A stretch of DNA of 63,909 bases, counting the filler, from Vicugna vicugna (Eukaryota): NCBI GenBank assembly GCA_013265495.1. It is 79 parts of 76 records of this genome, joined end to end, with 100 filler letters (N's around TTAATTAATTAA, not from the genome) between each part and the next. Parts side by side here need not be neighbours in the genome. Positions count along the whole stretch, not along the records: positions 60,592 to 61,927 come from MU062520.1; positions 62,028 to 62,940 come from PNXW01024720.1; positions 63,041 to 63,728 come from MU062521.1; positions 63,829 to 63,909 come from MU062541.1; 75 more parts are not named here. The stretch is one strand, 5' to 3'. Below, in pieces: positions 60,592 through 63,909 of the stretch (the first letter of the stretch is position 1; each line of letters begins with the position of its first letter). A program made the position numbers and the translations under genes. Below the pieces are notes generated by a model, which was not told where the DNA came from, made no database searches, and worked only from the letters and a program-made list of their open reading frames with translations.

Positions 60592-61927
60592 ACACCAGAA
60601 CATTTCTTCTGTGTGTGCTGGATGTAGGGAAAGAATAAAAGCATCGTTCAGGGGGCAGATTTAATCCATGGTTGTGGGTTGTAGGTTAAAAACCCACATC
60701 CCATGCATAGGCTCTCGCTAATACTTGGTTTAGAGCCCAACCCACACTATCCCCCACTCTCCAGCCTAGGCATGCCATCAGGGAAGGCAAGCTAAGGGAT
60801 TCTAATAGAACCCAGGCGCTGCTGTCATTTGGAGGAGCCTCCCCACAATCAGGATACCTGAGCACGTCTCCGGGTGTGTGCTGGAGGTGGGGAAACAGAT
60901 TCCACGCATCTTTATGGGGCACAGGTGTTACAAGGTTGGGGAAGTAGTTTAAAACACTTCACTACCCACAGATTTGCACTCGCAAATACTTGGATTGAGA
61001 GCCCATCCCCCACCATCGCTTACTGCTAGGCCTAGGAAAACACTTAGGGAAGTCAAGCTAAGGGATTCTATTAAAACCCAGGTGCTGCTGTCTGTTGGAG
61101 GAACCTCCCCACACTCAGAACNNNNNNNNNNNNNNNNNNNNNNNNNNNNNNNNNNNNNNNNNNNNNNNNNNNNNNNNNNNNNNNNNNNNNNNNNNNNNNN
61201 NNNNNNNNNNNNNNNNNNNNNNNNNNNNNNNNNNNNNNNNNNNNNNNNNNNNNNNNNNNNNNNNNNNNNNNNNNNNNNNNNNNNNNNNNNNNNNNNNNNN
61301 NNNNNNNNNNNNNNNNNNNNNNNNNNNNNNNNNNNNNNNNNNNNNNNNNNNNNNNNNNNNNNNNNNNNNNNNNNNNNNNNNNNNNNNNNNNNNNNNNNNN
61401 NNNNNNNNNNNNNNNNNNNNNNNNNNNNNNNNNNNNNNNNNNNNNNNNNNNNNNNNNNNNNNNNNNNNNNNNNNNNNNNNNNNNNNNNNNNNNNNNNNNN
61501 NNNNNNNNNNNNNNNNNNNNNNNNNNNNNNNNNNNNNNNNNNNNNNNNNNNNNNNNNNNNNNNNNNNNNNNNNNNNNNNNNNNNNNNNNNNNNNNNNNNN
61601 NNNNNNNNNNNNNNNNNNNNNNNNNNNNNNNNNNNNNNNNNNNNNNNNNNNNNNNNNNNNNNNNNNNNNNNNNNNNNNNNNNNNNNNNNNNNNNNNNNNN
61701 NNNTTTCAAGGAGCACAGGTATTCCCATGTTGTGGGTTTTTGGTTAATAACCTCCAAATCCCATGGAGAAGCACTCGCTAATACTTGGATTTAGAGACCA
61801 ACCCACCCTTTCTCCAGCACTCCGTATCAGGAAACCAAACAGTGTAGACTAGTTAAGTTATTTTATAAGAACCAAGGCCCTTCTCTCAGTTAGAGGAGGC
61901 TGCCCACTCTCAGGATAACTGTGCAAG
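60592..61927 (-). repeat. Satellite C
   Basis: CTGCTGTC cores at 60819 and 61085 (266 bp apart); a third core at ~61885. Confidence 0.93.
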
Positions 61928-63828
61928 NNNNNNNNNNNNNNNNNNNNNNNNNNNNNNNNNNNNNNNNNNNNTTAATTAATTAANNNNNNNNNNNNNNNNN
62001 NNNNNNNNNNNNNNNNNNNNNNNNNNNCTGAGATTTTTATTAAGATTATAGAGGGAACTGCTGGTGCAGAATGAGGGTCCTGCAATCTCAGAAAGCCACT
62101 GAACACTTGCCACCCACAGGCTCTGGAGTCCACTCTCCCAGCTGCTGCGTCTCCCCGTTAGAGGAGGTGGTCAGGGAGCCAGTGGGAACCCCTCCTAAGG
62201 TTTTCTCACCGGAGGGAACTCGGTAACCGCTCCTTGGATTGAGAACATCTCAGTGGGAGTAATGTGCATGTAACCATTGCATTGGAGCAGATAAAACGGA
62301 GGGGCTCCTTTGCTTCCTTCTATCAAAGCTCAGCCCTCTTAGGGATTGACTACTAAGTAAACACTGTTATTTCCACACATGCACGAAGCAGGTGAGGAGA
62401 CCCTGCGGATGAGCCTCACTGGAGGCCCCCGAAGGCCACAGCTCACTTGGCTACAACAGCAAGCTCTCGTTAAACACCTGCCCGGTACCAGCTGGGTGTG
62501 TTATTGGTGGTACTAATCTCGCGATATTCAAGAGAATATAACAGGAATGGAATACAGAAATGGTGTATATTTAAGAAGTGATGTGAATGACAGATTTTCA
62601 CTTTTCTCTCGTTCACATTAAAGATACCTGGAGTAGATATTTTTACCTAAACGATAATAGAACATAGAGGGGCAATAAATGTAGGTGACCCACTTGTGAT
62701 TTTTTGTTGTCATTGTTGTTAATATTTTTGTGTTTCGTTTTAGGTTTGCCATCACAGGAGTTGGGGAGTATGCCTACCTGAATGACAATGGAATTAGCAC
62801 CTCCAGGACCTACACAGAAAGGAACTGGATTTGTAGCTAGGTGAATATTAAGTAGTAGATAAGAGGGGACACTGGGCAGATTTGTCAGGGAGAGGGAGGA
62901 TGGTCTGGAAAATGGTATCATCCCTGCTCCTGTGTAAAGGNNNNNNNNNNNNNNNNNNNNNNNNNNNNNNNNNNNNNNNNNNNNTTAATTAATTAANNNN
63001 NNNNNNNNNNNNNNNNNNNNNNNNNNNNNNNNNNNNNNNNTACATGTCAGGTGATGAGCACGTGGGCACAAGCATTTGACACCTTCTTGAGGTGACTTTG
63101 GGTACCTGCCTAGAAGCGCGGGCACAGTTACTGCTACGTCATACATCTTGCCGCCCATCCCGCTCCCCAGCTCCGTGATCACGGCAGAGTGGTTCCTTGA
63201 TGACCTGTCCGTCTCCTTTGTGACATTGTAACCCACCAAAGACCGGAGCGTATTAGCTTGGCTTGTTCTTTTCCATCCTTCTCTTCGAATGGACTGATAG
63301 TGGACCCAGTTATGTTAGCAGATGTTTTACAAGTAGTGCTCTCAGTACAAACATTGCAATCCCCACTGTGTGATCTAGAGAAGAAAATTACATTCTTTCC
63401 AAATTGTTCTGATGCACTTATGTGGGAAAATGGTGTACGTTTGAATATGTATTTCCTCTCAGGATCATCATGGCTAGAGATGAATATTTGTAGACATGGA
63501 ATGTGTTTTTTGTATTTGAACTGTATGGTCCCCTAAATTCTCCCCGGCTTTTTAAAGTCATCACTGGAGTGCTACCTCCAGAGTGCCCCAAAGCATCCAC
63601 ATACAACACAAGGCAGACAGTAACTAACCACGATCACGTCCATTTCTGGAACACTCATGGAGGATTTTACACCTATGCTAGTGGAATACGTTATTTCAAT
63701 TAGTTTTCCCAACAATCATAACATAATTNNNNNNNNNNNNNNNNNNNNNNNNNNNNNNNNNNNNNNNNNNNNTTAATTAATTAANNNNNNNNNNNNNNNN
63801 NNNNNNNNNNNNNNNNNNNNNNNNNNNN

Positions 63829-63909
63829 GAAATAGAAATAGCAATTAAAAACCTCCCTACCAAAAAAAGTCCAGGACCGGACGGCTTCACCGGGGAATTT
63901 TACCAAACA
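63829..63909 (+). mobile_element. Young L1 ORF2 fragment (Z domain / RT start)
   Basis: Open frame EIEIAIKNLPTKKSPGPDGFTGEFYQT with three CpGs retained. Confidence 0.95.

Noticed and set aside
783..63784. Recurring palindromic TTAATTAATTAA as a CRISPR-like repeat/spacer array or PacI-site system
   Set aside because: It is always centred between 44-N flanks, so it is an in-silico six-frame-stop linker.

Overview
This window is not one contiguous locus. It is an artificial concatenation of about 79 small unplaced mammalian scaffolds (0.1-1.8 kb), each joined by an identical 100-bp linker (N44-TTAATTAATTAA-N44, which has stops in all six frames; 78 counted), with further N gaps inside scaffolds. 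A tRNA-derived SINE resembling Vic-1 points to a camelid genome (inference). About 34 scaffolds are satellite DNA in five families (my labels). A is a CpG-rich 267-bp monomer. C is a CpG-depleted relative of A whose ~266-bp monomers form a probable ~7-mer higher-order repeat (HOR). B is a ~248-bp monomer. D is a relative of B forming a 3 x ~246 = ~739-bp HOR. E is an AGAATAT heptamer satellite with higher-order structure. The rest is fragments of L1, L2, L3, MIR, MER58 and LTRs plus unique DNA. One exon is recognisable: the last (B-tail) exon of ITGA7, with GFFKR changed to GFFTR, probably a decaying duplicate. A ~380-bp segment occurs twice at ~90% flank identity around a 103-bp perfectly identical core. 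No complete gene, RNA gene or CRISPR array is present, and I found no novel gene system. Almost all long ORFs are N-run or satellite artefacts.
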